DNA of 64,000 nucleotides from Candidatus Cloacimonadales bacterium. Lineage in GTDB: Bacteria; Cloacimonadota; Cloacimonadia; Cloacimonadales; JAFGVF01. The translations under genes and the position numbers were made by a program. A model generated the notes under the pieces. It saw only the letters and a list, made by a program, of their open reading frames with translations, did not search any database and had not been told where the DNA came from. Of the stretch, positions 42,090-51,106 are shown in pieces. Location: NCBI GenBank assembly GCA_963678315.1, contig OY782781.1, positions 2,208,001-2,272,000 on the forward strand, read 5' to 3'. Every line of letters begins with the position of its first letter. Positions within the stretch are counted from its first letter, which is position 1.

Positions 42090-43017
42090 AAGTTACTAAT
42101 CCTTGATCTCTTATCATTTGCTTATCCTCATCAATTGACCTTCCAGTAGTTGTTAAATAATCTCCAATCATAATTCCATTAGCTCCTGCCTGGAAAATTT
42201 TATCCTGTAGATGTTTTAATGTCTTCTCCCTACCACCAGCTATACAAATGTTAATATCTGGATTGATAACTCTAAATAGACTTACTACCCTAAGAGCTTC
42301 TTCAGGATCCAATAACGCTTGTTTTTCTAATGGTGTGTTTGCAATAGGATTAAGAAAGTTCAATGGAATAGCATTAATATCTAACATGCTTATATACTTG
42401 GCCATTTCATAACGTTGTTCCCAAGACTCTCCCATACCAATTATTCCACCACAGCAAACTTCTAGTTCTGCTTCTTTTGCATTTTTTATTGTTATGACAG
42501 AATCTTCAAAGTCATGACTTGAACAGATACTTGGAAAGAATGTTGGAGATGTTTCAATATTATGATGATATCTATCAAAACCAATTATCTTTAACTTATC
42601 GGCTAATTGTTTGCTTAGTAATCCAAAGGAAGCACATAATCTTAAGTTTGTTTTTTCCTTGATTTTGCAAATTACAGGTTCAAGCCTTTCTAACTCTTCA
42701 AATGTAATATCTCTTCCACTAGTAACAATCGAAAATTGGGTTGCTCCATTATCAAAAGCTTTTGTAGCACTGCTAAATATCTGATCGTTACTTAGTAAAT
42801 TGTATTCTGTGATATTAGTGTTATAATGAACTGATTGAGCACAATAGGCACAATTTTCCGGACATCTACCAGATTTTGCATTGATTATAGCACATTGGTA
42901 TATTTTATTACCATGTTTGCTATTTCTTAACAAATGTGTTTTTGCTAATAACTTATCTAAATCTTCATTAATAACATAATTTATTAATTCATAGTCTATC
43001 TCAAATTCATCTAACAT
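42079..43017 (-). CDS. bioB: Biotin synthase
   Basis: NAKSGRCPENCAYCAQS, YHHNIET, CCGGIIGMGE and GDYLTT. ATG 43017 preferred over GTG 43029 because of the AAGGTG SD. Confidence 0.96.
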   Translation of the reverse strand: MLDEFEIDYELINYVINEDLDKLLAKTHLLRNSKHGNKIYQCAIINAKSGRCPENCAYCAQSVHYNTNITEYNLLSNDQIFSSATKAFDNGATQFSIVTSGRDITFEELERLEPVICKIKEKTNLRLCASFGLLSKQLADKLKIIGFDRYHHNIETSPTFFPSICSSHDFEDSVITIKNAKEAELEVCCGGIIGMGESWEQRYEMAKYISMLDINAIPLNFLNPIANTPLEKQALLDPEEALRVVSLFRVINPDINICIAGGREKTLKHLQDKIFQAGANGIMIGDYLTTTGRSIDEDKQMIRDQGLVTYGI

Positions 43018-43020
43018 TTT

Positions 43021-43053
43021 TTTGTACACCTTCTATCTTTTAGGGTGTACATT
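43021..43053. promoter_or_regulatory. BirA-operator-like spaced palindrome
   Basis: tt-TGTACACC-N13-GGTGTACA-tt, overlapping the bioB SD and downstream of a minus-strand TTGACA at 43071-43076. Confidence 0.7.
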
Positions 43054-43116
43054 TTAATCTTTTGTATTTTTGTCAACAAATAATGCTCTATGTGACTCTT
43101 TAATCACTAAATGATA

Positions 43117-43317
43117 TTACACCAAAAAATGTACTAGGACTTGAAAATAGCACTATATTATTCCTGTGAGGGCGTAGCTTTAGCAAAGACTCATGGTAAG
43201 AATAACTTCCATAATAACAACAAGAATATATTATTACTCGAGCGTCGATTCTGTATGCTATTTTGCTCAACTATATAGCACTATTTTCGTCACAACTAAT
43301 GCTTCATTTGGGTTAAA
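43117..43317. repeat. ~200-bp dispersed element, family B copy 2
   Basis: Shares ACTAGGACTTGAAAATAGCACTATATTATT, AATAACTTCCATAAT, TCGATTCTGTA-GCTATTTTGCT, GCACTATTTTCGTCA and TGGGTTAAAT blocks with 24791-24981. Confidence 0.8.
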
Positions 43318-43335
43318 TACATTAAGTATAACAAT

Positions 43336-43367
43336 AAAAAGAGCGAGAATGTATGTTCTCGCTCTTT
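43336..43367 (-). terminator. Intrinsic terminator of the vor operon
   Basis: AAAGAGCGAGAA...TTCTCGCTCTTT hairpin with A/U tract. Confidence 0.85.
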
Positions 43368-43389
43368 AAATTTATTTTAGTTATTAGAA

Positions 43390-43929
43390 TTAACTTTTTG
43401 CTAATTCAATACCTTTTTTAATTGCTACTAAGTTCATTGCAAGCAACTCAGGATTTCTTTTTTCTAAGAAAGCTGTTAAGTCACTTTCTAAAGTTTCATA
43501 TTTAACCATATCAGTTAAGCCGATAATAATACCGATAGCTAACATGTTTAGAACTTTATCTGAACCGATTTCAGTTGCCATTTTTGATAATGGTGCGCTG
43601 ATAGTTTTAATTCCATCATAATTAGGAATATTATTACATAAATCTTCATTTGCAATAATAAATCCGCCTTTTGTTACATTTGAAGCAAATTTATCAATTG
43701 ATGGTTGGTTAAGAGCAATAAGTACGTTAGGGAAAGTAACGATTGGTGATGCGATTGGGTTCTCTGAGATAACAGCTGCTACATTAGCTGTACCTCCACG
43801 CATTTCGGGACCGTATGATGGCAACCATGAAACGTGTTTACCTTCTTTCATACCAGCTTTAGCTAAGAATTTACCTATAGTTAAAGCACCTTGTCCACCA
43901 AAACCTGAACTTATAATTTCATACATCAT
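43390..43929 (-). CDS. 2-oxoacid:ferredoxin oxidoreductase gamma subunit (Vor type)
   Basis: GFGGQG and PSYGPEMRGGTAN motifs. Confidence 0.92.
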   Translation of the reverse strand: MMYEIISSGFGGQGALTIGKFLAKAGMKEGKHVSWLPSYGPEMRGGTANVAAVISENPIASPIVTFPNVLIALNQPSIDKFASNVTKGGFIIANEDLCNNIPNYDGIKTISAPLSKMATEIGSDKVLNMLAIGIIIGLTDMVKYETLESDLTAFLEKRNPELLAMNLVAIKKGIELAKS

Positions 43930-44675
43930 TATTTCACCTCTCCTTCATCTCTGAATTGACCAATTGGGAAGAAAGGTAACATGTTATCTTTAGCCCATTT
44001 TAATGAATCAACAGGAGAAATACCCCAGTTAGTAGGACAAGTTGATAGAAGCTCAACAAAAGTAAAGCCTTTACCTTCTTTATTATATTGAAGAGCTTTT
44101 TTAACAGCTTTTTTAGCTTTAATAATATCAGCAGGAGATAATAATGAAACTCTTTCAATAAAGTATGGTGCAGATAAAGTATTTAATAATTCACATACTT
44201 TAATTGGCATACCTACATCATCTGTTTTTCTACCATAAGGTGAAGTTGTTGTTTTCATTTCTGGTAATGTTGTTGGAGCCATTTGACCACCAGTCATACC
44301 ATAAATAGCATTATTTACGAAGAATACAGAGATATTTTCACCTCTATTAGCAGCATGAACGATTTCAGCAGTACCGATAGCTGCTAAGTCACCATCACCT
44401 TGATAAGTGAACACTTGCATATCAGGTCTAGCTCTTTTAATTCCAGTTGCTACAGCTGGAGCTCTACCATGAGCAGCTTCTGCCATATCCATGTCAAAAA
44501 ACTTATATGCAAATACTGAACAACCAACAGGTGCAACACCAGTTGCAGTATCTTGAATTTCTAATTCGTCTATAGCTTCGGCTATCAATCTGTGAGCTAC
44601 ACCATGAAGACAGCCTGGACAGTAAGTAAACTGTAAATCAGTTAAAGATTTAGGTCTTGTTGCGATAACTTCCAT
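43929..44675 (-). CDS. 2-oxoacid:ferredoxin oxidoreductase TPP-binding beta subunit (Vor type)
   Basis: YCPGCLHG, GDGD...NN and CPTNWG motifs. Confidence 0.93.
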   Translation of the reverse strand: MEVIATRPKSLTDLQFTYCPGCLHGVAHRLIAEAIDELEIQDTATGVAPVGCSVFAYKFFDMDMAEAAHGRAPAVATGIKRARPDMQVFTYQGDGDLAAIGTAEIVHAANRGENISVFFVNNAIYGMTGGQMAPTTLPEMKTTTSPYGRKTDDVGMPIKVCELLNTLSAPYFIERVSLLSPADIIKAKKAVKKALQYNKEGKGFTFVELLSTCPTNWGISPVDSLKWAKDNMLPFFPIGQFRDEGEVK

Positions 44676-44683
44676 TATATCTC

Positions 44684-45763
44684 CTATAAATTCTCTTCAA
44701 TTTGTGCTTTGATTTCTTCAGGTGTAAATACTATACCACCAACTTTTCCGTAAAATTCAACTGGAATTTTACCATTAACAGCTAATTTTACATCTTCAAC
44801 CATTTGACCTAAGTTCAATTCAAAAACCATAACTTTTTTAACTTTATCAGTTAAAGCATTAGCAATAGTTGAATATGGATAAGGCCATACAGTGATAGGT
44901 CTGATTAAACCAATATTCTTACCTTCTGCATTTAATTGGTCAATTGCAGATTTAACGATTCTTGAAGCAGTACCAAAGGCAACACAAACCATTTCGTTAT
45001 CAGGGTTTATATTATATTCTTCTACACGAACTTCATTTTCTTCGATTAATTTATATTTTTTACCTAAATCAATAACATGTTGTTCTAGAACTGAAGGATC
45101 AATTTCTAAAGAGTTGATTTCATTATGATGAGGAGCTTCACCTTCTTCTTTTGGATGAATACACCAATCTTTATGATCATCACCTTGCTTAGCTATTTCT
45201 TCATCTGAAACTGCGTCTTTAAATTCAACAGGTTCCATCATTTGACCAAGCATACCATCAGATAAAATCATTACAGGTATTAAATATTTATCTGCTAAGT
45301 CAAAAGCTTCAGATGCCATATCAGCAAATTCTTGAACTGATGATGGAGCTAATACAACTGTATGATAGTCACCATGACCACCACCTTTTGTTGCTTGGAA
45401 ATAATCACCTTGAGCAGGTTGGATATCGCCTAAGCCAGGTCCACCACGTTGAACGTTAACGATAACAGCAGGAAGATTAGCACCTGCAATATATGAAATA
45501 CCTTCCATCTTCAATGAGATACCAGGAGATGAAGATGATGTCATTACTCTTTTACCAGTACCAGCAGCACCGTAAACCATGTTAATAGCAGCAACTTCAC
45601 TCTCAGCTTGTAAAAAAGTACCATTAACGGTAGGCATTTTTTTAGCCATATATTCAATTAACTCACTTTGTGGAGTAATAGGATAAGCGAAATAGAGTCT
45701 ACAACCTGATCTAATAGCAGCTTCAGCGACAGCTTCGTTACCTTTCATTAAAACTTTTGCCAT
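44684..45763 (-). CDS. vorB: 2-ketoisovalerate-type oxidoreductase alpha subunit (VorB family)
   Basis: KGNEAVAEAA, YPITPQSE, SSSPGISL and RGGPGLG motifs. Confidence 0.88.
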   Translation of the reverse strand: MAKVLMKGNEAVAEAAIRSGCRLYFAYPITPQSELIEYMAKKMPTVNGTFLQAESEVAAINMVYGAAGTGKRVMTSSSSPGISLKMEGISYIAGANLPAVIVNVQRGGPGLGDIQPAQGDYFQATKGGGHGDYHTVVLAPSSVQEFADMASEAFDLADKYLIPVMILSDGMLGQMMEPVEFKDAVSDEEIAKQGDDHKDWCIHPKEEGEAPHHNEINSLEIDPSVLEQHVIDLGKKYKLIEENEVRVEEYNINPDNEMVCVAFGTASRIVKSAIDQLNAEGKNIGLIRPITVWPYPYSTIANALTDKVKKVMVFELNLGQMVEDVKLAVNGKIPVEFYGKVGGIVFTPEEIKAQIEENL

Positions 45764-45774
45764 TCCTTATCTCC

Positions 45775-45978
45775 TTATTTTTCGATGGTTATTGCTACAT
45801 CTGGACATGTTGTGTAGCATAATTTACAAGCTATACATGCTTCTTGGTCAAAACATTCAGCATAATTATAACCTTTTTCATTAATATTTTCGGAAAATCT
45901 GATTATCTTCTTAGGACATGCAGCGATGCATAATCCACATCCTTTACAATAAGAAGGATTAACTGTCATTCTTGCCAT
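45775..45978 (-). CDS. 2[4Fe-4S] ferredoxin (oxidoreductase delta subunit)
   Basis: CKGCGLCIAACP and CIACKLCYTTCP motifs. Confidence 0.93.
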   Translation of the reverse strand: MARMTVNPSYCKGCGLCIAACPKKIIRFSENINEKGYNYAECFDQEACIACKLCYTTCPDVAITIEK

Positions 45979-45996
45979 AACCATGACTCCTTTATT

Positions 45997-47214
45997 TTAT
46001 TTTATATTGAGTTCTTTTTTAATTATTCTTGCTAATCTTATGATACCTTCAAGATTCTTTTCTTTTGAAGCATAAGAGAAGTTTAATCTTAATGTGTTTC
46101 TACCTTCACCATTACAGAAGAAAGATGTACCAGCAACAAAAGCAACATTCTCTTCAGAAATTGCTTTCTTAATTAGCTCGTTAGTATCAATACTTTCCGG
46201 TAGAGTCATCAATGTAAATAAACCACCTTCAGATTTAGTCCAAGTAACACCTTCTGGCATATACTCTTCAAGAGCATTCATCATTACTTCTTTTTTAGCT
46301 TGGTACATTTCAATAATCTTTTTAATATTTACTTCAAGAAGACCTTTTTGCATGTATCTAGCTGCAATTCTTTGAGTGAAAGGAGGAGTACAAAGGTCAG
46401 TAGCCTGTTTAGCAACAACAATTTTATCAATAATGTCAGCATTAGCAATAACCCAACCGATTCTGAAACCAGGAGCAAATATTTTAGAGAATGTCCCTAA
46501 TAGTACAACCTGTTCAGTACCATCTAATTGGTACATTGTTCTTTGATGTTCACCTTCAAATCTTAACTCTCTATAAGGTGAATCTTCAATTATTAGAATG
46601 TCGTACTTGCGCGCGATTTCAATAATTTCTAATCTTCTGCATTCTGGCATAGTGATACCTGCAGGATTTTGGAAATCAGGAATGATATAGATGAACTTAG
46701 GAGCTTCATTATTATCTTTCATTTTAATAATGGCTTCTTCTAATAGATCAGAACGCATTCCTTTATCATCAAGATCAACACCTACAATATTAGCACCATA
46801 ACTGTTAAAAGCGCTTAGTCCACCAAGGTAAGAAGGCAAACCAACAATAACTTTATCACCAGGATTGATGAAAGCTTTAGCAATTAAATCAAGTGCTTGT
46901 TGAGAAGCTGTTGTAATTACTAAATTATCTGTAGTAATATTATGTCCTTCATTAACATATTTTTTAACTAACTCTTCTCTTAAAATAGGATCACCTTCAG
47001 TTGCTCCATATTGTAGAACTGTAGTTCCATCAGTATTAAGAACATCACAAGCTATGTCTCTTAATTCTTCAGTAGGGAAGGATTCAGGAGCAGGTAGTCC
47101 ACCAGCAAATGAAATAATCTCAGGTTTGTTAACCAATTTGAGGAGTTCTCTAATTGCAGAACGTTTCATTCCTTTAACATTTGTTGAGAGGATTGAATCT
47201 AAATTTTTAATCAT
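45997..47214 (-). CDS. PLP-dependent class I/II aminotransferase (LysN/Aro8-like)
   Basis: ISFAGGLP, FQNPAG, EDSPY and TFSKIFAPGFRIGW motifs. Confidence 0.93.
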   Translation of the reverse strand: MIKNLDSILSTNVKGMKRSAIRELLKLVNKPEIISFAGGLPAPESFPTEELRDIACDVLNTDGTTVLQYGATEGDPILREELVKKYVNEGHNITTDNLVITTASQQALDLIAKAFINPGDKVIVGLPSYLGGLSAFNSYGANIVGVDLDDKGMRSDLLEEAIIKMKDNNEAPKFIYIIPDFQNPAGITMPECRRLEIIEIARKYDILIIEDSPYRELRFEGEHQRTMYQLDGTEQVVLLGTFSKIFAPGFRIGWVIANADIIDKIVVAKQATDLCTPPFTQRIAARYMQKGLLEVNIKKIIEMYQAKKEVMMNALEEYMPEGVTWTKSEGGLFTLMTLPESIDTNELIKKAISEENVAFVAGTSFFCNGEGRNTLRLNFSYASKEKNLEGIIRLARIIKKELNIK

Positions 47215-47246
47215 GGTTCCTCCATATTTATATTTTTTTTGTTTTT

Positions 47247-48551
47247 TTATGAATTAATGAATTTCATTTCATTGAATTTTGATATCTGGCTTTTTACACT
47301 TTCGATATCGGTATCAGGTATATCTAAACTATACTTGAATGACTTTTCTTTCTCAATGTATATTTTCTCACTTACATTGTACTTTTTTTCAAGAAAACTA
47401 ATCAATGATACCATTTCAACTGGAACTAGTATGTTAGTATCTGATTTATTATCTCTTAAGACTTTTTTAATAATCTCATTTATAGTGTCAACATTTGTTT
47501 TATCTTTAGCTGAAATAAATACACTGTTAGGATATTTTATGTTCAAACTTTTACGCAAAAACATACTAGCAACACTTTCAATTTTATCAACTTTATTAAA
47601 TACCATGACAGTTGGAATACTACTAGCCCCAATATCTTTAATAACAGTTTCAACATCTGCTATTCTATCATCTGCCCTAATCTGGGAAACATCTACAACA
47701 TGAAGAAGTAAATCTGCATCAATTACATCTGACAAGGTCGAGTGGAAAGAGCTAATGAGTGTGGTTGGTAGATTTTTTATAAATCCTACTGTGTCTGTTA
47801 AAACAACTTTACCAGCCTCACTATATAGAAATTGCGATTTAGAATCTAAGGTAGCAAATAATTCGTCTGCAACATAAATATCAGATTTCGTTAGCACATT
47901 AAAAAGGGTACTTTTACCTGCATTAGTGTAACCAACGAGAGCTATTCTAAAGAAATCTTTCCTTTTCTTTCTTTGCACAGAAGATACAGTTTTTATTTTT
48001 GACAACTTCTTCGTAAGAAAAGAAATCCTTTTCTTAACCAAGCGTCTATCAATTTCTAATTGTTTCTCTCCCGGACCTTTAGTTCCTAATCCACCAGCAA
48101 TTCTTGAAAAATGTTGCCATAAATTTCTTAATTTAGAATAACTATATTCTAATTGTGCTAGTTCAACTTGAATCTTTGCTGCATTAGTTCTAGCATGCAT
48201 AGCAAAAATACTAAGAATTAATTCTGTCCTATCAACAACATTAGCTTTTGTAGCTTCACTTATATTCTTAGCCTGAGCAGGTGTAAGATTATCAACGAAG
48301 ACCAAAGTTTTTATATCATTAGAAAAACACAATTCCCGTATCTCTTCTAGTTTGCCTTTACCAATATAAGTATCAGACTTATTATGTGACAAAGCCTGGG
48401 TAAAACTATCTACAACATTTAAATTAGCTGTTTTGCATAGAAGAATAGTTTCTTCAACTAGCTGCAGAAAAGTATCTTGAGATTCGGTTTTTATATAACT
48501 ACCAACTATAAAAACTTTTTCACTAGGTTTATCAATAAACTTATGATTCAT
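47247..48551 (-). CDS. hflX: Ribosome-splitting GTPase HflX
   Basis: GPGEKQLEIDRR, GYTNAGKST, LFATLD, DTVGF and NKVD motifs. Confidence 0.96.
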   Translation of the reverse strand: MNHKFIDKPSEKVFIVGSYIKTESQDTFLQLVEETILLCKTANLNVVDSFTQALSHNKSDTYIGKGKLEEIRELCFSNDIKTLVFVDNLTPAQAKNISEATKANVVDRTELILSIFAMHARTNAAKIQVELAQLEYSYSKLRNLWQHFSRIAGGLGTKGPGEKQLEIDRRLVKKRISFLTKKLSKIKTVSSVQRKKRKDFFRIALVGYTNAGKSTLFNVLTKSDIYVADELFATLDSKSQFLYSEAGKVVLTDTVGFIKNLPTTLISSFHSTLSDVIDADLLLHVVDVSQIRADDRIADVETVIKDIGASSIPTVMVFNKVDKIESVASMFLRKSLNIKYPNSVFISAKDKTNVDTINEIIKKVLRDNKSDTNILVPVEMVSLISFLEKKYNVSEKIYIEKEKSFKYSLDIPDTDIESVKSQISKFNEMKFINS

Positions 48552-48828
48552 ATATTAAAACTTTTTTGAAATTTTGTCTCCATTTTCTATATTCTTCTTT
48601 TATATCAAGTTCAAATAAAGTTTTCTTATCTTCGCTAGAGAACATAACAATATTCATAAAATGAGCCCTTCCATCTTTACCTTTGAAACTTTTCATTGGA
48701 AATTCGACTCTAATATCATCATCATCTCTTAAAATAGTAATTTCATTTAAGTAAATACCTTCAACAAGTTCTATGACAGCTCTAGCAAGAACTGAGCCTT
48801 GTGAAACATCGCGAAATTTAATTTTCAT
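48541..48828 (-). CDS. Divergent SpoVG-like nucleic-acid-binding protein
   Basis: 95 aa; LARAVIEL...LNEITIL...VEFPMK...DG...NIV then a helix ending EEY, following the SpoVG pattern. Confidence 0.55.
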   Translation of the reverse strand: MKIKFRDVSQGSVLARAVIELVEGIYLNEITILRDDDDIRVEFPMKSFKGKDGRAHFMNIVMFSSEDKKTLFELDIKEEYRKWRQNFKKVLIYES

Positions 48829-48977
48829 ATTTATTCCTAATTATTTTTTTTTATTTTACTAAAGCACAACTATAATGTCAAGTTTTTTCAACAAAAATAT
48901 ATATACTACATATATCCTGTTAACAGTTAAGAAAAAATTCTTTCTTTTTTTATTTTACAGATTAATTGGACTAGATT

Positions 48978-50621
48978 CTACTTGATGTGTAACAATTTTG
49001 AAGTCTTACATTTTCCTTCAGAAGAAACTTTAACCAAGTAGACACCACTTGGAAGTTCTTTATCATTTTCATTACAACCATTCCAAACTATCTCTAAATG
49101 GCCTGATCTATTATTCTGATTCATAAAACTTTTCACTTTTTGTCCCTTAATATTGTATATTTCTACATTGACCCGAACATTTGATTTCGTATCGATTTTT
49201 ATATTTGACTTGCTTCTAAATGGATTAGGATAATTATTTACCGTTAAATTATTTACAGGAGTTGAATCTTCTGAATTAGAAACAATTTCACTTATTCCTT
49301 CTAAATTTATATTCCAGTTTGAGTTGTTAGGGTCACTTGAGGAAATAGTTAAAGATCCATTATAGCTTGATTCTTCAGTAGGGGTAAAATCAACATTGAT
49401 TATTCCTATATCACCTTGTCCAATACTATTAGGAAAACTTATATTATTAAAGACCTCTACATTAGAATGAACATTATTTATTTGCAATATGTCAGTTCCA
49501 TTATTAACAACAGGTATTGATAATGTTACTGCATTATTAAGATCATAAGCATAGGCAACAAAATTATCAACAGGTATAAACATATCGGGATAACGTGATG
49601 TACTTGTGTTTGACGTAATACTTGCAAGTCTATCTAATAGTTCTGGGTGCTCTATGAAAGGATTTGGTTTATTTTGGACTTCTTCTATTTCTTGAGCTCT
49701 GTATAATTCATAGTCACTAACAGGGTCTTGATAATACCAATTTCTTAAAACTTCTTGCTGACCAGCACTATTTAAAAAGTTGTTAGGATTATTATATCTA
49801 ATACTAAAGTAGAACATAGCTCTTGCCACATCTCCTTTGTGATCATCTCTTGGTTCAAATACGGTTGTACCGGATGAATTAGAGCCTCTCTTAGAACCAC
49901 CATCAGACCAATTAGAAGAAGATACTTCACCAAATGGAAGGTTACCTCTTACACTATTAGCTTGTGAATCAGTTGGAAATAAATGGAACAAATCCGACTT
50001 TGCAGTACCTGTTGCCCCCATACTTTGAGGCCAAGTGTGTTCAGTATTGATTTGATTCCAATTAGGAATAGATCCAGGAGAACAATTGTACCATTCATCA
50101 GTATAAACACATCTAACCTGACCATTGTCATTGTCTATATATCCAAAAATCTCTATTCTTGCATCTTCATAGCTGATTGAAGTATGATTTCTAATGATAG
50201 CCGAAATTGCATTCTTGAGTTCAAAATCATATTTGTTGTAGGTTGTGTTATAAATACTTTCAGAGAATGTTCCTTGTGCTGATACTTCAATTGTTTGTAT
50301 TTCACTTCTAGCTTCATCAACGATAAATATAGCTGTATCATAGTTGATATTTGTTTCTGGTGAGAAGGTAACAGTAACTTCTATTTCTTCATTCGCAAAT
50401 AAACTAACATTATCATTACTTAATAAAATCTGTTCACTATCTTCAATTATATCTATGTTTAATTCATTATTAGTTAAATTGGTTATTGTAAAAACACCTT
50501 GAACCTCTCCCCCATCAATCACTGAGCCAAATTCTAATTCTGTTGTTGAGACTTGAAAAGAATTTGCCTTAATTGTCATTATAACAAATAATACTATAAA
50601 TATTACTAACGTTTTTTTCAT
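48978..50621 (-). CDS. Secreted endonuclease I (EndA/Bsn family) with Ig-like domains and a T9SS/FlgD-like C-terminal domain
   Basis: Signal peptide; NTEHTWPQS, DLFHLFP...NSVRGN and KGDVARAMFY; CTD YPNPF...YNIKGQKV...SGVY. Confidence 0.9.
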   Translation of the reverse strand: MKKTLVIFIVLFVIMTIKANSFQVSTTELEFGSVIDGGEVQGVFTITNLTNNELNIDIIEDSEQILLSNDNVSLFANEEIEVTVTFSPETNINYDTAIFIVDEARSEIQTIEVSAQGTFSESIYNTTYNKYDFELKNAISAIIRNHTSISYEDARIEIFGYIDNDNGQVRCVYTDEWYNCSPGSIPNWNQINTEHTWPQSMGATGTAKSDLFHLFPTDSQANSVRGNLPFGEVSSSNWSDGGSKRGSNSSGTTVFEPRDDHKGDVARAMFYFSIRYNNPNNFLNSAGQQEVLRNWYYQDPVSDYELYRAQEIEEVQNKPNPFIEHPELLDRLASITSNTSTSRYPDMFIPVDNFVAYAYDLNNAVTLSIPVVNNGTDILQINNVHSNVEVFNNISFPNSIGQGDIGIINVDFTPTEESSYNGSLTISSSDPNNSNWNINLEGISEIVSNSEDSTPVNNLTVNNYPNPFRSKSNIKIDTKSNVRVNVEIYNIKGQKVKSFMNQNNRSGHLEIVWNGCNENDKELPSGVYLVKVSSEGKCKTSKLLHIK

Positions 50622-50837
50622 ATCACATCTCCGATTTTTTAGTAAAACAATTTTATTTATTATAGCTATTAAGGCAATAAATAAATTATTCTTTCAGTCT
50701 TTGAAGCCTAGATGATGCAGAATTAGTACACCCCTATTTTAAATTTGTAAAATTAAGACGCAATTGTAATTTATCATGATATTAACATTTATGGGCTACA
50801 ATTTTATATAATCGTGAATTACTAAATATGTGTTTAA

Positions 50838-51086
50838 TTATTCTGCCAAATAATAAGCTCCTTCATAATCACCTGTTTGGATGGTAAACAATGTGTCCAG
50901 TTTACTGACTTGATAGTTAGTGGTAATAGTGTTAAACCATGTTCTATCAGTTATCACTAAACCTGAATTGTTTCCTGTAACATTTATTGAAACATCACTC
51001 TTAAAGAGAATATTTCCTTCTACAAAATTAGCTGATAAAGTGCTCATAACAATAATTATAGTGATAATAACAATTATCTTCTTCAT
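50838..51086 (-). pseudogene. Probable truncated secreted protein (82 aa)
   Basis: Strong AGGAGG SD and signal peptide followed by about 60 aa resembling a pro-domain, then an abrupt TAA with no continuation seen. Confidence 0.45.
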
Positions 51087-51106
51087 TTCTTCCTCCTATT
51101 TATTTG

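Noticed and set aside
50700..50800. Possible third, degenerate family B element (AGCCTAGATGATGCA resembles the inverted-repeat end)
   Set aside because: Only about 12 nt match and none of the internal blocks are present; could be chance.
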